From NCBI GenBank assembly GCA_934270475.1, contig CAKQPS010000005.1:65945-129944 (forward strand): a stretch of DNA of 64,000 nt, in the 5' to 3' direction. Position numbers and translations under genes: made by a program. Source of the DNA: an uncultured Alphaproteobacteria bacterium (lineage in GTDB: Bacteria > Pseudomonadota > Alphaproteobacteria > RF32 > CAG-239). Shown one piece after another: positions 47,429 to 57,209 of this stretch. The notes beneath the pieces were generated by a model, which saw only the letters and a program-made list of their open reading frames with translations, was not told the DNA's origin and did not search any database. The first letter of the stretch is position 1; each line of letters starts with the position of its first letter.

Positions 47429-49210
47429 TTACGCCAGCTGCGCCTGATATAATGACGCATAAATACTGTCAGTTTTGGCTATCAGTTCTTTATGAGTTCC
47501 GGTTTCCACAATTCGCCCATAGTTAACCACCACTATTTTATCCGCATTGCGTACGGTCGACAGTCTATGAGCTATCACAAACACGGTTCTGTCTGCCATC
47601 AAATTATCTATAGCCTGCTGAACAATAGCTTCTGATTTATTATCCAAAGCAGACGTTGCCTCGTCCAAAATCACAATCGGAGCATTTTTAATAAAAGCTC
47701 GAGCAATGGCAATGCGCTGTTTTTGTCCGCCGGAAAGCAGCACGCCGCGCTCACCAATTTGCGTATCCAAACCATTCGGCAAATCTTTTATAAAATCGGT
47801 TAAACAAGCGCAGGAAACCGCATATTCCACATCTTTTTCATCTGCTTTTTCGTTTCCCAGCAAAATGTTATCGCGAATCGTTCCCGAAAACAAAAAATTA
47901 TCTTGAAAAACCACAGCTATTTTATCACGCAGAGAATAAAGCGAAAAATCTCGAATATCCGTACCGTCTATCAAAATTTGCCCCGAAGTTACATCATAAA
48001 AACGCGGCAGCAAATTAACCAAAGTTGTTTTACCTCCGCCGGAATTACCGACCAAAGCAATAGTCTGCCCTTTTTTAACATCTAAATTGATGTTTTTAAG
48101 CACCAGTTTTCCGGCAACATATTCAAAACAAACATCTTTATATGAAATTCCGCGCTTTATGCTTTTCAGTTCTTTAGCCCCTGCTCTGTCTTCTATTTTT
48201 ATCTTTTGCGTCAAAAGCTCAAAAACACGCTCCATTGCCAGCAATGCAATCTGCACATTATTAAAATTGTTGCCGATGCCTTTAATCGGGTTATACAGCA
48301 AAATCAGTGCCGCCACAAAAGAAACAAAATTTCCGGCAGTGATTTGATGATTAACAATGAGATAACTGCCTACCCAAATAACCAGCGCTATACCCAAAGA
48401 AACCACAAAGTGCATAAGCGGCGACAGCATTCCGGTACGCTGCACCATTTTCATACCAAGCTTAAACACCCTGTGCAGCGTGTCGTTAAAGCGGTTATTC
48501 TGATAATCATACAAATTATATGATGAAATAATACGGTTGCCGCAAAAACTTTCATTATAATGCGTCACCACTTCAGCGCTAGTAAAAACAGTTTGTTTAT
48601 TTATATCTTTTATGCGCTTTCTAACGCCTGTCAGCGGGAACAATGCTCCAAACAGTACCACAACCGCAATCAGCGCCAATTGCCAGCAATTATAAAACAG
48701 CACTGCAACCAATGACACCGAAGAGAAAAACCGCGTGAAAAATTGTTTTATATTACTCAAAAGCCCGCTACAGGCTGCGTCAACGTCATTGTTAAAACGC
48801 ATCATAATATTGCCGGAAGTTGTTGTATCAAAAAAAGCCGCTTCAAATTTCATAAGCTTTTCAAACAGCGATATTTTTACATCGCTGGCAATACGGGTTC
48901 CCACCCAAGTGTTTGTAAAGTTCGCCGCAAATGTAAACATGCCCTGCAAAGCGCTGAACAAAATAATAACCAACGGAATCCAAAGGGTATTGGTGTTTTG
49001 CTCTATCATCATCACGTCCATATACGGCTTCAGCGCCCAAGCAATCACCGCGTCCATAGCGCCGACCGGCAATGTCAGCAAAATAGCCAGCAAAGCTCTG
49101 CCCCAATATGGCTTAACAAAAACCCACATTTGACCATAATCATTTATGAAATGATTGTTTTTCAATTTTTCTTTTATTTCTACAAACATACTTATCCTTT
49201 GTTTTGTCAT
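47429..49210 (-). CDS. msbA: ABC transporter ATP-binding/permease (MsbA-like exporter)
   Basis: 6-TM exporter domain plus NBD (Walker A GNSGGGKTT, LSGGQKQRIAIARA, ILDEATSALD). Confidence 0.8.
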   Translation of the reverse strand: MTKQRISMFVEIKEKLKNNHFINDYGQMWVFVKPYWGRALLAILLTLPVGAMDAVIAWALKPYMDVMMIEQNTNTLWIPLVIILFSALQGMFTFAANFTNTWVGTRIASDVKISLFEKLMKFEAAFFDTTTSGNIMMRFNNDVDAACSGLLSNIKQFFTRFFSSVSLVAVLFYNCWQLALIAVVVLFGALFPLTGVRKRIKDINKQTVFTSAEVVTHYNESFCGNRIISSYNLYDYQNNRFNDTLHRVFKLGMKMVQRTGMLSPLMHFVVSLGIALVIWVGSYLIVNHQITAGNFVSFVAALILLYNPIKGIGNNFNNVQIALLAMERVFELLTQKIKIEDRAGAKELKSIKRGISYKDVCFEYVAGKLVLKNINLDVKKGQTIALVGNSGGGKTTLVNLLPRFYDVTSGQILIDGTDIRDFSLYSLRDKIAVVFQDNFLFSGTIRDNILLGNEKADEKDVEYAVSCACLTDFIKDLPNGLDTQIGERGVLLSGGQKQRIAIARAFIKNAPIVILDEATSALDNKSEAIVQQAIDNLMADRTVFVIAHRLSTVRNADKIVVVNYGRIVETGTHKELIAKTDSIYASLYQAQLA

Positions 49211-49276
49211 TCAAAAGCATAATAGCGGATAATTTACAAAAGTAAACTGTTTGTCGCCGGATATAAACGGAAAATC

Positions 49277-49645
49277 TCAGATGTTTTCAACTTTTTGTTC
49301 TAAAGCATTTATGTCGTTTGCGCACAAAACATCTTGTAGAGAGTCAATTTTTTCTTCCGGTAAATCATAAATTTTCAGCGCCAAAATCCGCTTTATAACT
49401 TCATCCGAAAAACGCTTTTTAATCACTTTTGCCGGATTGCCTCCGACTATGGTATATGGCTCAACATCTTTGGTAACCACGCTTCCAGCGGCGACCACGC
49501 AGCCTTCGCCAAGTTTTACCCCTGGCATAAGCATGGCGCGCATACCAATCCAGCAGCCGTTGTCCAAAACCGTATCGCCGCGGTGCGTATTATTGCCGCC
49601 CAGCAAAATAATCGCTTCCGCACCAATGCAGACATAACGGAATTT
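49277..49645 (-). pseudogene. 5'-truncated xenobiotic (hexapeptide-repeat) acetyltransferase fragment (Vat/CatB/MAT-like C-terminal half)
   Basis: Open frame ...[58 protein letters not shown]... equals the C-terminal ~120 aa of ~200-aa XAT enzymes. No ATG start, and the frame is closed by TAA at 49648-49646 inside the repeat element. Confidence 0.5.
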
Positions 49646-49685
49646 TTAAGCGCTGTGTACAAACCGGTACACGAGCGCAAAAATC
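49637..49685. repeat. third copy of the GTGTAC-N6-GTACAC repeat module
   Basis: ACGGAATTTTTAAGCGCTGTGTACAAACCGGTACACGAGCGCAAAAA versus 27199-27242 ACGGAATTTTTAAGCGACGTGTACAAAGAAGTACACAAGCACAA. Confidence 0.65.
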
Positions 49686-49698
49686 CCTAGCAGATACC

Positions 49699-49732
49699 AG
49701 CTAGACGAGGTTCTACAGATTCTCGTCTAGCT
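49699..49732. terminator. 11-bp perfect hairpin AGCTAGACGAG-N12-CTCGTCTAGCT overlapping the stop codon of the cvpA-like gene
   Basis: Stop codon (49715-49713) lies in the loop; likely a 3' stabiliser/terminator. Confidence 0.4.
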
Positions 49733-50564
49733 TCTTAATTTCCCCCTTAGGTGCTTTTTCTTTTGTTGTAGCAGCGCTCTCGTCTGTGGTAACAACCTTG
49801 TCTTCAAGCTCGTCCATCAGCTTATCCAAATCAGAAGTTTCATCTTTTTTATAGCCATCGTCCTGTGCTTTGTTTTCGCTGTCAACTTTTGGCTGAACCA
49901 GCTTATTAAAAAGCTCTTCTCCGCTTTTTTTCAGAACTTCGCCGCTGATACCGGCTGTATTATCAGTAGCTTTTTCCTCTGTACCTTTAGCCTCATCATC
50001 AGTTTTGCTTTCTTCAGACTTTTCTGTTGCTTTAGAGTCGCCCAAACCAAAGCTTTCGCCTTTAGCTTTCAGGTCTTCAAACCATTTTTCCGGTATCAAG
50101 CTCTTAATCGGACCAGCTGCATCACTGGCAAGCTTAAAGTATTTGGATTCAGCAAACACGCCTTTTTGCGACTCTTCCGGTATCAGCGATGAAATCATAA
50201 TTTGGAGCAAAATTACAATAATCACACCGCGGAAAATACCAAAAATAAAGCCCAAGATTCTATCCAGCGCGCTCAATTTACTGAAACGTATCTGCGTGCT
50301 GATTTTGTCTGCCGCCAGCACCCAAAAAATGCAGAACATAATCAAAATAACCATACCGGATACAAGACTGGAAAGCACTTCTGACGCAATATATTTTTGC
50401 ATTATAGGGTCAACCACCGGCAACAGATAATAAACCGAAACGGCAGCTAAAATCCAGCCGGTAATCGACAGCAGCTCTTTAGTCACGCCGCGAGCGATAG
50501 CGACCAATGCCGAAACGCCGACAATCACTAAAAATACCACATCTAAGTTGTTTAACTGTTCCAT
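49713..50564 (-). CDS. cvpA: CvpA family membrane protein with acidic C-terminal tail
   Basis: N-terminal 4-TM CvpA pattern (DVVFLVIVGVSALVAIARGVTKELLSITGW...), then a D/E/K-rich tail. Confidence 0.65.
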   Translation of the reverse strand: MEQLNNLDVVFLVIVGVSALVAIARGVTKELLSITGWILAAVSVYYLLPVVDPIMQKYIASEVLSSLVSGMVILIMFCIFWVLAADKISTQIRFSKLSALDRILGFIFGIFRGVIIVILLQIMISSLIPEESQKGVFAESKYFKLASDAAGPIKSLIPEKWFEDLKAKGESFGLGDSKATEKSEESKTDDEAKGTEEKATDNTAGISGEVLKKSGEELFNKLVQPKVDSENKAQDDGYKKDETSDLDKLMDELEDKVVTTDESAATTKEKAPKGEIKKLDENL

Positions 50565-50574
50565 AGTCTTGCTC

Positions 50575-51957
50575 CTAATTAAACCAATTTATCAAACGAT
50601 GAACATTGCCTATTTCATAGCACGAAAGTTCATAATTTTTTGCACCTTTTTCTTTTTTATCCTTACCGAAAGACGGCGGAATAATAGCGCTGACAAAGCC
50701 CAGCTTATGCGCTTCCTTCATACGCAGATTCGGTTGGCTGACCGCCCGAATTTCACCAGATAAGCCAATTTCGCCGAATACTACCATATCGGCAGGCAGC
50801 GGCTTGTTCGTAAGCGATGAAATAACCGCCATAGCCACCGCCAAATCGGCAGCCGGCTCTGTAATTTTCAAGCCGCCGGCGATGTTCAAATAAACATCGT
50901 GTGAACTGAAATTCATACTGCAGCGAGCTTCCAAAACAGCCAAAATCATAGACAAGCGATTAGAATCCCAGCCCACAACCGCACGCTTAGGCGTTGAATA
51001 GCCGCTTGGACTGACCAAAGCTTGAATTTCTACCAGCAGCGGACGGGAACCTTCAATTCCGGCAAACACGCAGGAGCCGGAAACATTGCCCTGACGCTCT
51101 GCCAAAAACAGCGCCGATGGATTTTCTACTTCCACCAAACCTTTATCCTGCATTTCAAACACGCCGATTTCATCAGTTGCCCCGTAACGATTTTTTACCG
51201 CACGCAAAATTCTAAAATGATGACCGCGCTCACCTTCAAAATACAAAACCGTATCCACCATATGCTCTAATACGCGCGGTCCGGCAATTTCACCCTGCTT
51301 AGTAACATGCCCCACCAAAAACAGTACAAAACCTTTGCGCTTGGCGAGTTTTATCAGCTCATAAGCACAGGCTCTGACCTGTCCCACGCTCCCAGGGGTA
51401 GATTCTACCTCATCAAGATACATAGTTTGAATAGAATCTATGATAACCACCGATGCTTCTGTTTTTTCCAATGTAGTAATAATGTTGCGCACATCGGTTG
51501 CACTTGCCAAATTAACCGGACTTTCCGCCAATCCTAAGCGGCTGGCTCGAATACGCACCTGATCAATAGCCTCTTCGCCAGAAATATAATAGCAAGAATA
51601 CTTTTCCTTTTTATTTGCCAAACCGGCGCACACCTGCAGCAGCAAAGTTGATTTGCCGATTCCGGGGTCGCCGCCCACCAAAATAACCGAGCCAGGGACT
51701 AAACCTCCACCGGTTACGCGGTCAATTTCTTTAATGCCGGTCTGCAAACGGGCATAAGTGCTTTGTTCGCCTTTCAGCGGTACAAAATCAATAATTTTAC
51801 CTTCTTTGCGCGGATTTATTTTAGAAAAACCATCAGTTTTCTGCACTTCTTCAACAATCGTGTTCCATTCGCCGCAGGAGTCGCATTTTCCCTGCCAGCG
51901 CGGATACGTTGCACCGCAGTTTTGACAAACAAATAAACTAATGTTTTTCTTCGCCAT
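50575..51957 (-). CDS. radA: DNA repair protein RadA/Sms
   Basis: C4 zinc finger CQNCGATYPRWQGKCDSCGEW; Walker A GDPGIGKSTLLLQ; KNRYG motif; Lon-like C-terminal domain. Confidence 0.9.
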   Translation of the reverse strand: MAKKNISLFVCQNCGATYPRWQGKCDSCGEWNTIVEEVQKTDGFSKINPRKEGKIIDFVPLKGEQSTYARLQTGIKEIDRVTGGGLVPGSVILVGGDPGIGKSTLLLQVCAGLANKKEKYSCYYISGEEAIDQVRIRASRLGLAESPVNLASATDVRNIITTLEKTEASVVIIDSIQTMYLDEVESTPGSVGQVRACAYELIKLAKRKGFVLFLVGHVTKQGEIAGPRVLEHMVDTVLYFEGERGHHFRILRAVKNRYGATDEIGVFEMQDKGLVEVENPSALFLAERQGNVSGSCVFAGIEGSRPLLVEIQALVSPSGYSTPKRAVVGWDSNRLSMILAVLEARCSMNFSSHDVYLNIAGGLKITEPAADLAVAMAVISSLTNKPLPADMVVFGEIGLSGEIRAVSQPNLRMKEAHKLGFVSAIIPPSFGKDKKEKGAKNYELSCYEIGNVHRLINWFN

Positions 51958-51960
51958 GGC

Positions 51961-52713
51961 TTATACGTCCATCTTTATCGGACCTTGCGAGCTGCCGTGA
52001 ATAAATTGCTGCAAATACGGATTCTCTGACTTGTCCATTTCTTTAACTGTTCCTGACCAAATAATTTTTCCCTGATAAAGCATGGCGATTCTATCGGCAA
52101 TTTTGCGCGCCGATGCCATATCATGCGTAATAGTCAAGGTAGTAGCGCCCAAACCTCTAGCGGATTCGATAATCAAATCATTGATAACATCTGCCATAAT
52201 CGGGTCAAGTCCGGTTGTCGGCTCATCAAAAAAGATGATTTCCGGACGGCTGATAATCGCCCGCGCTAACCCCACGCGCTTTTGCATACCTCCGGAAAGC
52301 TCTGCTGGCGACAAATCTGCCACGTCCGGAGCCAAACCCACCTGCCGCAGCACGCGGATAGCAGCCACCTTAGCTTGCTTGCGCGATTTTTCGCCTTTTT
52401 GCAGCAATCTGAAAGCCACGTTTTCCCAAACGCTCAAACTGTCAAACAGCGCTGCGCCTTGAAAAAGCATTCCCATTTTTTCATGAATATCTTTCTTAGC
52501 GCCGATTGTTTCTTCATCATCAATTTTAATTGACCCGCAATCCGGCGTCAACAGCCCCTGTATACATTTAATCAGAACCGATTTTCCCGTTCCGGAGCCG
52601 CCGATAACCACCAAAGATTCGCCCTTTTTAATATCCAAATCAACTCCGTCCAGCACTTTCTTTTTGCCGAACGCTTTATATAAATTGCGAATTTCTATTT
52701 TATTATCACTCAT
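51961..52713 (-). CDS. mlaF: ABC transporter ATP-binding protein (MlaF-like)
   Basis: GGSGTGKSV, LSGGMQKRVGLARA, FFDEPTTGLD; follows the MlaE-like permease. Confidence 0.8.
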   Translation of the reverse strand: MSDNKIEIRNLYKAFGKKKVLDGVDLDIKKGESLVVIGGSGTGKSVLIKCIQGLLTPDCGSIKIDDEETIGAKKDIHEKMGMLFQGAALFDSLSVWENVAFRLLQKGEKSRKQAKVAAIRVLRQVGLAPDVADLSPAELSGGMQKRVGLARAIISRPEIIFFDEPTTGLDPIMADVINDLIIESARGLGATTLTITHDMASARKIADRIAMLYQGKIIWSGTVKEMDKSENPYLQQFIHGSSQGPIKMDV

Positions 52714-52721
52714 GGCGCACC

Positions 52722-53519
52722 CTATTTAGAAAAGAAAATTTCTGTAATCAGATAGTTAAAAATCAAAATCAAAATAGACGAAGAAACCACGGCATTGGTT
52801 GTAGCCTCGCCCACGCCCTGCGCACCGCCTTTAGAGCGATAGCCGTGGTAGCAGCCCATAACCGAAATTATAAAGCCGAATACTCCCGCTTTCACCATAC
52901 CTGAAATCGCATCAATCGCCTGCAGATTCTGCACAGTAGCGTTAATATAGTTTGCCGGATTAAAGTCCAATTTATAAACCCCGACCACATAGCCGCCAAA
53001 AATACCGATTATATCGCCGAACAAAACCAAAAGCGGCATAACCACCACGCCTGCCCAAAGTCTTGGCGCCATCAAATAGCGGAACGGATTTGCCGATAAG
53101 GTGACTAAAGCATCAATTTGTTCAGTAACGCGCATTGTGCCGATTTCCGCCGCCATTGCTGCGCCTATACGTCCAGCAACCATCAAGGCAGACAAAACCG
53201 GCGCCAGCTCGCGCGTCACCGAAATCAAAACCACTGTTGCCACGGCGCTTTCCGCACCAAACTTAGAAAAACCGGAATAAGTCTGAATAGCAATAACCAT
53301 ACCGGCAAACAAAGTCGTCAACCCAACCACCGGCAGGGAATAAAACCCCATATTCAAAAATTGGTTTATAAACAGTTTAATATAAAACGGCGGTACGAAA
53401 CAGTTATAAACAGATTTTGCCACAAAGCGGGTAAAAGCTCCCAGCTCCAGCACAAAAGAAAGCAAAGGTTTACCCAAAAGCTGCAAAAACGTTTCCATGT
53501 TTTTCTTTAGCATATTCAA
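52722..53519 (-). CDS. mlaE: MlaE family ABC transporter permease
   Basis: 265 aa, 5-6 TM, conserved EIGTMRVTEQIDAL region typical of the MlaE/YrbE family. Confidence 0.8.
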   Translation of the reverse strand: MNMLKKNMETFLQLLGKPLLSFVLELGAFTRFVAKSVYNCFVPPFYIKLFINQFLNMGFYSLPVVGLTTLFAGMVIAIQTYSGFSKFGAESAVATVVLISVTRELAPVLSALMVAGRIGAAMAAEIGTMRVTEQIDALVTLSANPFRYLMAPRLWAGVVVMPLLVLFGDIIGIFGGYVVGVYKLDFNPANYINATVQNLQAIDAISGMVKAGVFGFIISVMGCYHGYRSKGGAQGVGEATTNAVVSSSILILIFNYLITEIFFSK

Positions 53520-53524
53520 TTTTC

Positions 53525-53965
53525 CTATTCCACTGTCAAAAAATTATTGCGCAATTTAACTATAACCTTTTCCAAAATTGTTTGGTCTTCAGCATACAAA
53601 TCTATTGCAGGAATTTCAACACCTAAAATATTTTCGCACTTATTTTTGGGCAGACGCTCCAAATTTTCTTTTGTCGGCAGCAAGTTAACCACTAAACTAA
53701 CTTCTGCTTTGTCAACAAATTCATAATGCGAAATTCCGACGTTTCTTATTTCCAACAAACCTTTTATATTTTGCGGAGCTTCGCCTATCAGCCGATTTTC
53801 ACACACTTTTAAGGCAACAACATCATCGGCGACCAGCACCGCGCCTTTATTTTCTATAAATTTCAGTGCCAGCTCGGATTTGCCGCTGCCGGATTTCCCC
53901 CTAAACAAAATTCCCTTGTTGCGCCACAGCACAAAAGAGGCGTGAACTGTGTATAAATCAGACAT
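53525..53965 (-). CDS. HPr kinase/phosphorylase C-terminal-domain-only protein
   Basis: P-loop GKSGSGKSE, ADD, and LLEIRNVGI (HprK signature); lacks the N-terminal domain of full-length HprK. Confidence 0.65.
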   Translation of the reverse strand: MSDLYTVHASFVLWRNKGILFRGKSGSGKSELALKFIENKGAVLVADDVVALKVCENRLIGEAPQNIKGLLEIRNVGISHYEFVDKAEVSLVVNLLPTKENLERLPKNKCENILGVEIPAIDLYAEDQTILEKVIVKLRNNFLTVE

Positions 53966-54416
53966 TTGTCAACCGCTTTTGTTTATTTTCATCATTTGTA
54001 GAAATGGTAATCTTACGTCCGTCATCAGTCATTTCTATTTGCACATTCCACATATTGCGCGGAGAAAAAGAGCCCATTCTTTCAGGCCATTCCACCAAAC
54101 TGACGCCGGAATAAAATGCCTCTTCCACGCCCAGTTCAAAAATTTCCGCCGGCTTTTCCAAACGATACAAATCATAATGATAAATATCAAACGCCGGAGC
54201 GCAGTATGTTTGCAGCAATGTAAAAGTCGGGCTTGGAACTTCGCCTGCGCCGGTAAGTTTTTTGATAAATGCGCGGGCAAACACGCTTTTTCCCGCTCCC
54301 AAAGTGCCGTTAAGCGCCCAAACATCGCCCTGTTTGCTGATTGCCGCCAATTTTTCAGCCAAAGCTATAGTATCATCTTCGCTATGAGAAACAAAAACTT
54401 TTTCCATTAAAACCAC
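53958..54416 (-). CDS. tsaE: tRNA t6A biosynthesis protein TsaE (YjeE)
   Basis: LNGTLGAGKSVFARAF...SPTFTLLQTY...YHYDLYRL. Confidence 0.85.
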   Translation of the reverse strand: MVLMEKVFVSHSEDDTIALAEKLAAISKQGDVWALNGTLGAGKSVFARAFIKKLTGAGEVPSPTFTLLQTYCAPAFDIYHYDLYRLEKPAEIFELGVEEAFYSGVSLVEWPERMGSFSPRNMWNVQIEMTDDGRKITISTNDENKQKRLTNV

Positions 54417-55468
54417 CCGTCAAAATTAAACCAACTAGAACTTTTTTCCTGAGCTTTTGCTGCAGCTTCTGCTTGCTTTGACTGCAGTTTGCGCCAATCG
54501 CTCGGTCTATAAAAACGCCCGCGCCACAAACCTTTGGACTCTGCGCGAGCTTGCTTTTCATACGGTACATAAACACTGGTGTTTTTAGTATAAGCCACCG
54601 CCCAGCCGGCGCCGACAACCGCTGCCGCCACATCATATTGTCCTAAAAAACAAACACCGGTCGCCCGATGTTGCACTACATTTCCCAAAATATGACATTT
54701 AACTTCACGACCGTTCAGCCAATTTTGCAGCCAGGTAATTGCCTTATGCCCGCAAGAATAGGATAATCCGTGAGAATCCGAACAAGTTTGATTAGGATTC
54801 GGCGCATCAGCCCCCAGCAGTTTAATATTTATGCCTTTTACGCGCAACACACTGCCGGTAATCACCCTAGGTACGCCTGTAACCTCGGGATAATCCAGCG
54901 GATTAAAATTGCTTATCTGCGTTAGTTCAGATTCGTTTTTTCCAAATATGCTGGAAATTTTCGAAAAAAAACCGCCCTCTTCTACCGGTTCGCCGCCGGC
55001 AGAGTCGTTTACGGCAGTTTGTTCTAATTCGGCAAGCTTTTGCTCGTCAGAATTGCTGTCCTGTGAATATCCTGCCGGCATTTCATTTTCGCTGAAAGCC
55101 TGCTGAACCATTTTGCCGCCAGCGCTGTCCGAACCGATAATTCCCAAGCAATACAAAATAAACAGCACCACCGCGCCGATAATTGCAAAAGAAAAGAAAA
55201 AGCTGACCGTCGACCACATAATTTTGAATAAAATGTACAAAACTACAAATGCAATTACTACACTGACAAAACCCATTCCCTGCAGTGACGTATTATCGCT
55301 TTGCGTGCCGGCGCCGCCATAATACATCAAAGTGGCAAACAATAAGCACAAAAACACTTTTTTTACAAAAAACATAGGCAAAATCCTTATAATAACTTGC
55401 TGTATTAGAACATAGTTTTTACACTTATGCAAGCTATTTATAAAGTTTTGGCAGCGGTTCAGTTTCAC
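54407..55468 (-). CDS. membrane-anchored thermonuclease (SNase-like) family protein
   Basis: N-terminal TM helices, D/E/S-rich linker, and a C-terminal SNase-like fold pattern (RVKGINIKLLGADAPN ... GLWRG). Confidence 0.5.
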   Translation of the reverse strand: MKLNRCQNFINSLHKCKNYVLIQQVIIRILPMFFVKKVFLCLLFATLMYYGGAGTQSDNTSLQGMGFVSVVIAFVVLYILFKIMWSTVSFFFSFAIIGAVVLFILYCLGIIGSDSAGGKMVQQAFSENEMPAGYSQDSNSDEQKLAELEQTAVNDSAGGEPVEEGGFFSKISSIFGKNESELTQISNFNPLDYPEVTGVPRVITGSVLRVKGINIKLLGADAPNPNQTCSDSHGLSYSCGHKAITWLQNWLNGREVKCHILGNVVQHRATGVCFLGQYDVAAAVVGAGWAVAYTKNTSVYVPYEKQARAESKGLWRGRFYRPSDWRKLQSKQAEAAAKAQEKSSSWFNFDGWF

Positions 55469-57197
55469 TTTTTTGTTTTTGCACGCTTTCTGCCTGCTTG
55501 ATTGTTTGTAAAATTACTTTTTCATCAATATGTTCTTCTTTGCCGCCATACAGAATATTATTCAGTTTTTGCAGCTGCTCGTCAAATTTGGGTTCAGAAA
55601 CCGCTTTAGCCACATCTTCCAAATTGTTGACATTTTGAGTTTTATAGTTTTGCTGTCCCCAAAGCACTAAATTATCCCGCAGCGCGCGATAATCTTTGTC
55701 TGCAAAATTTTTATGCAGAACAGAAGCTGCATTATGGCTTTTAACCTCTTTTTCACATATTTTTTCTGAACGGCGTCGCAAAAGCAGACTGCATAACGCG
55801 CCCAAAATAAAAGCGCCGATAACTAAAGCCAACACATTTTCTTTAGAAAATTCGTTTTTTTCTGCCGGCTGGCTTTCACTTTTTTCTGCTGGTTGCCGGC
55901 TTATATTTTGTTCCTTCTTATCTGCATTTATATTTTGTTCATTTTGCAAATTATCGATTGCAGCTCCGCCTTCGACAAAAACTTTTTCGGCTGGAATAAC
56001 GGCTGTTTCTGCTTTTCCGGTTTTAACATTAAACCAATTTATTTTAATTTCCGGCAAAATCTGCTCACCGCCTTTTTGCGGAATATACACCACGCGGTTT
56101 ATAGATTGAGCCACAACTTTATCATCATATATTTTAGCTTCTAATTCAGGATTTTCCGGATAAATCTTAAAACTTTCATTATCGGCAAAATCCAGTTCAG
56201 GCAGCTGAGTTTCCGCCACTCCGACGGCTAAAACAGCTATCTGCCGCGATACGGTTTCCCCAACCTTAAACAGCGGCTTTTTCTCATTCCAAAAGGCTTT
56301 AGCCTTCACCGCCTCCGCTGGCAGCCACCAGCCGTTTTCCCTTGCCGGCAGCACGTCTATTTTCACCGGTTTAGTATATAATTCCACCGGTTCTTGCGTA
56401 CCGAACATCTCGTCAAAATCCACATTCATCAGCTGAAACAAGCTGTTTACCCCCTGATGCAGCAGCGGATGATTTTTTGCTTTGTCAAAACCCATATAAA
56501 AACCATTCACTTTTACTGCCGGAATTTCCTGCGGTCCGCTTTTCTGCGGAAACAGAGCATAGTAAAATTTAACAACCCGTTCACCGTTCTGCTGTGTTAT
56601 TTCCGGCTTTTTTAAGGTCTTGACTATCCAATCTTCAGCATTAACGAATTTCGGCTCTTCGGTCAGCTGCAGCCCAACCCTATCTTTCAGCGACAACACT
56701 GCGTTAATTTCCTGCTGAACATATGTTTTTTGAGCGCTTACCGCTAAATCAACGCTGAATTTATTTGCTTCCGCCAGCTGATTATCATTTTGAATATTGC
56801 CGTTTTTCTTTGCCGAAACGCTGATATTGCTCCCAGCCGGAAGCACCTTAATTTTAAGCGGTTTGCTGCTGTATGAGCCAATGCTGACAGCCGGAATTTC
56901 CAACTCTCCCTCATATTTCGGCATCAGTCCAATATCCCAATCCGTCTGTTCAGAGCTTTTACCATTGATATAGCTTATCTGCGTTGAGCTTGAAGTAGAA
57001 TAAATACTAAAATCTTTTTGCAAAACACTCAAATCCGGCTGCATAGAGCTGCCGTTTTTACCGTCAAAAGACAAATTAAGGTTAAAAACTTCTCCCAGCG
57101 GCACGGTTGTATTGTCTACTGACGCCGTCAAAGCTTCGGCATTAACAGCTGATATTTTTATAAGCGCCAAAGCGCAAACCAACACTAACTTTTTCAT
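55434..57197 (-). CDS. batD: BatD-like aerotolerance operon protein
   Basis: Signal peptide, large extracytoplasmic domain, C-terminal TM (VLALVIGAFILGALCSLLL); it follows BatA and BatB/C. Confidence 0.55.
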   Translation of the reverse strand: MKKLVLVCALALIKISAVNAEALTASVDNTTVPLGEVFNLNLSFDGKNGSSMQPDLSVLQKDFSIYSTSSSTQISYINGKSSEQTDWDIGLMPKYEGELEIPAVSIGSYSSKPLKIKVLPAGSNISVSAKKNGNIQNDNQLAEANKFSVDLAVSAQKTYVQQEINAVLSLKDRVGLQLTEEPKFVNAEDWIVKTLKKPEITQQNGERVVKFYYALFPQKSGPQEIPAVKVNGFYMGFDKAKNHPLLHQGVNSLFQLMNVDFDEMFGTQEPVELYTKPVKIDVLPARENGWWLPAEAVKAKAFWNEKKPLFKVGETVSRQIAVLAVGVAETQLPELDFADNESFKIYPENPELEAKIYDDKVVAQSINRVVYIPQKGGEQILPEIKINWFNVKTGKAETAVIPAEKVFVEGGAAIDNLQNEQNINADKKEQNISRQPAEKSESQPAEKNEFSKENVLALVIGAFILGALCSLLLRRRSEKICEKEVKSHNAASVLHKNFADKDYRALRDNLVLWGQQNYKTQNVNNLEDVAKAVSEPKFDEQLQKLNNILYGGKEEHIDEKVILQTIKQAESVQKQKSETEPLPKLYK

Positions 57198-57209
57198 ATT
57201 AACCTCGCT

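Noticed and set aside
49437-49637. 66-aa plus-strand ORF over the acetyltransferase fragment
   Set aside because: Antisense to a frame with clear hexapeptide-repeat protein similarity.
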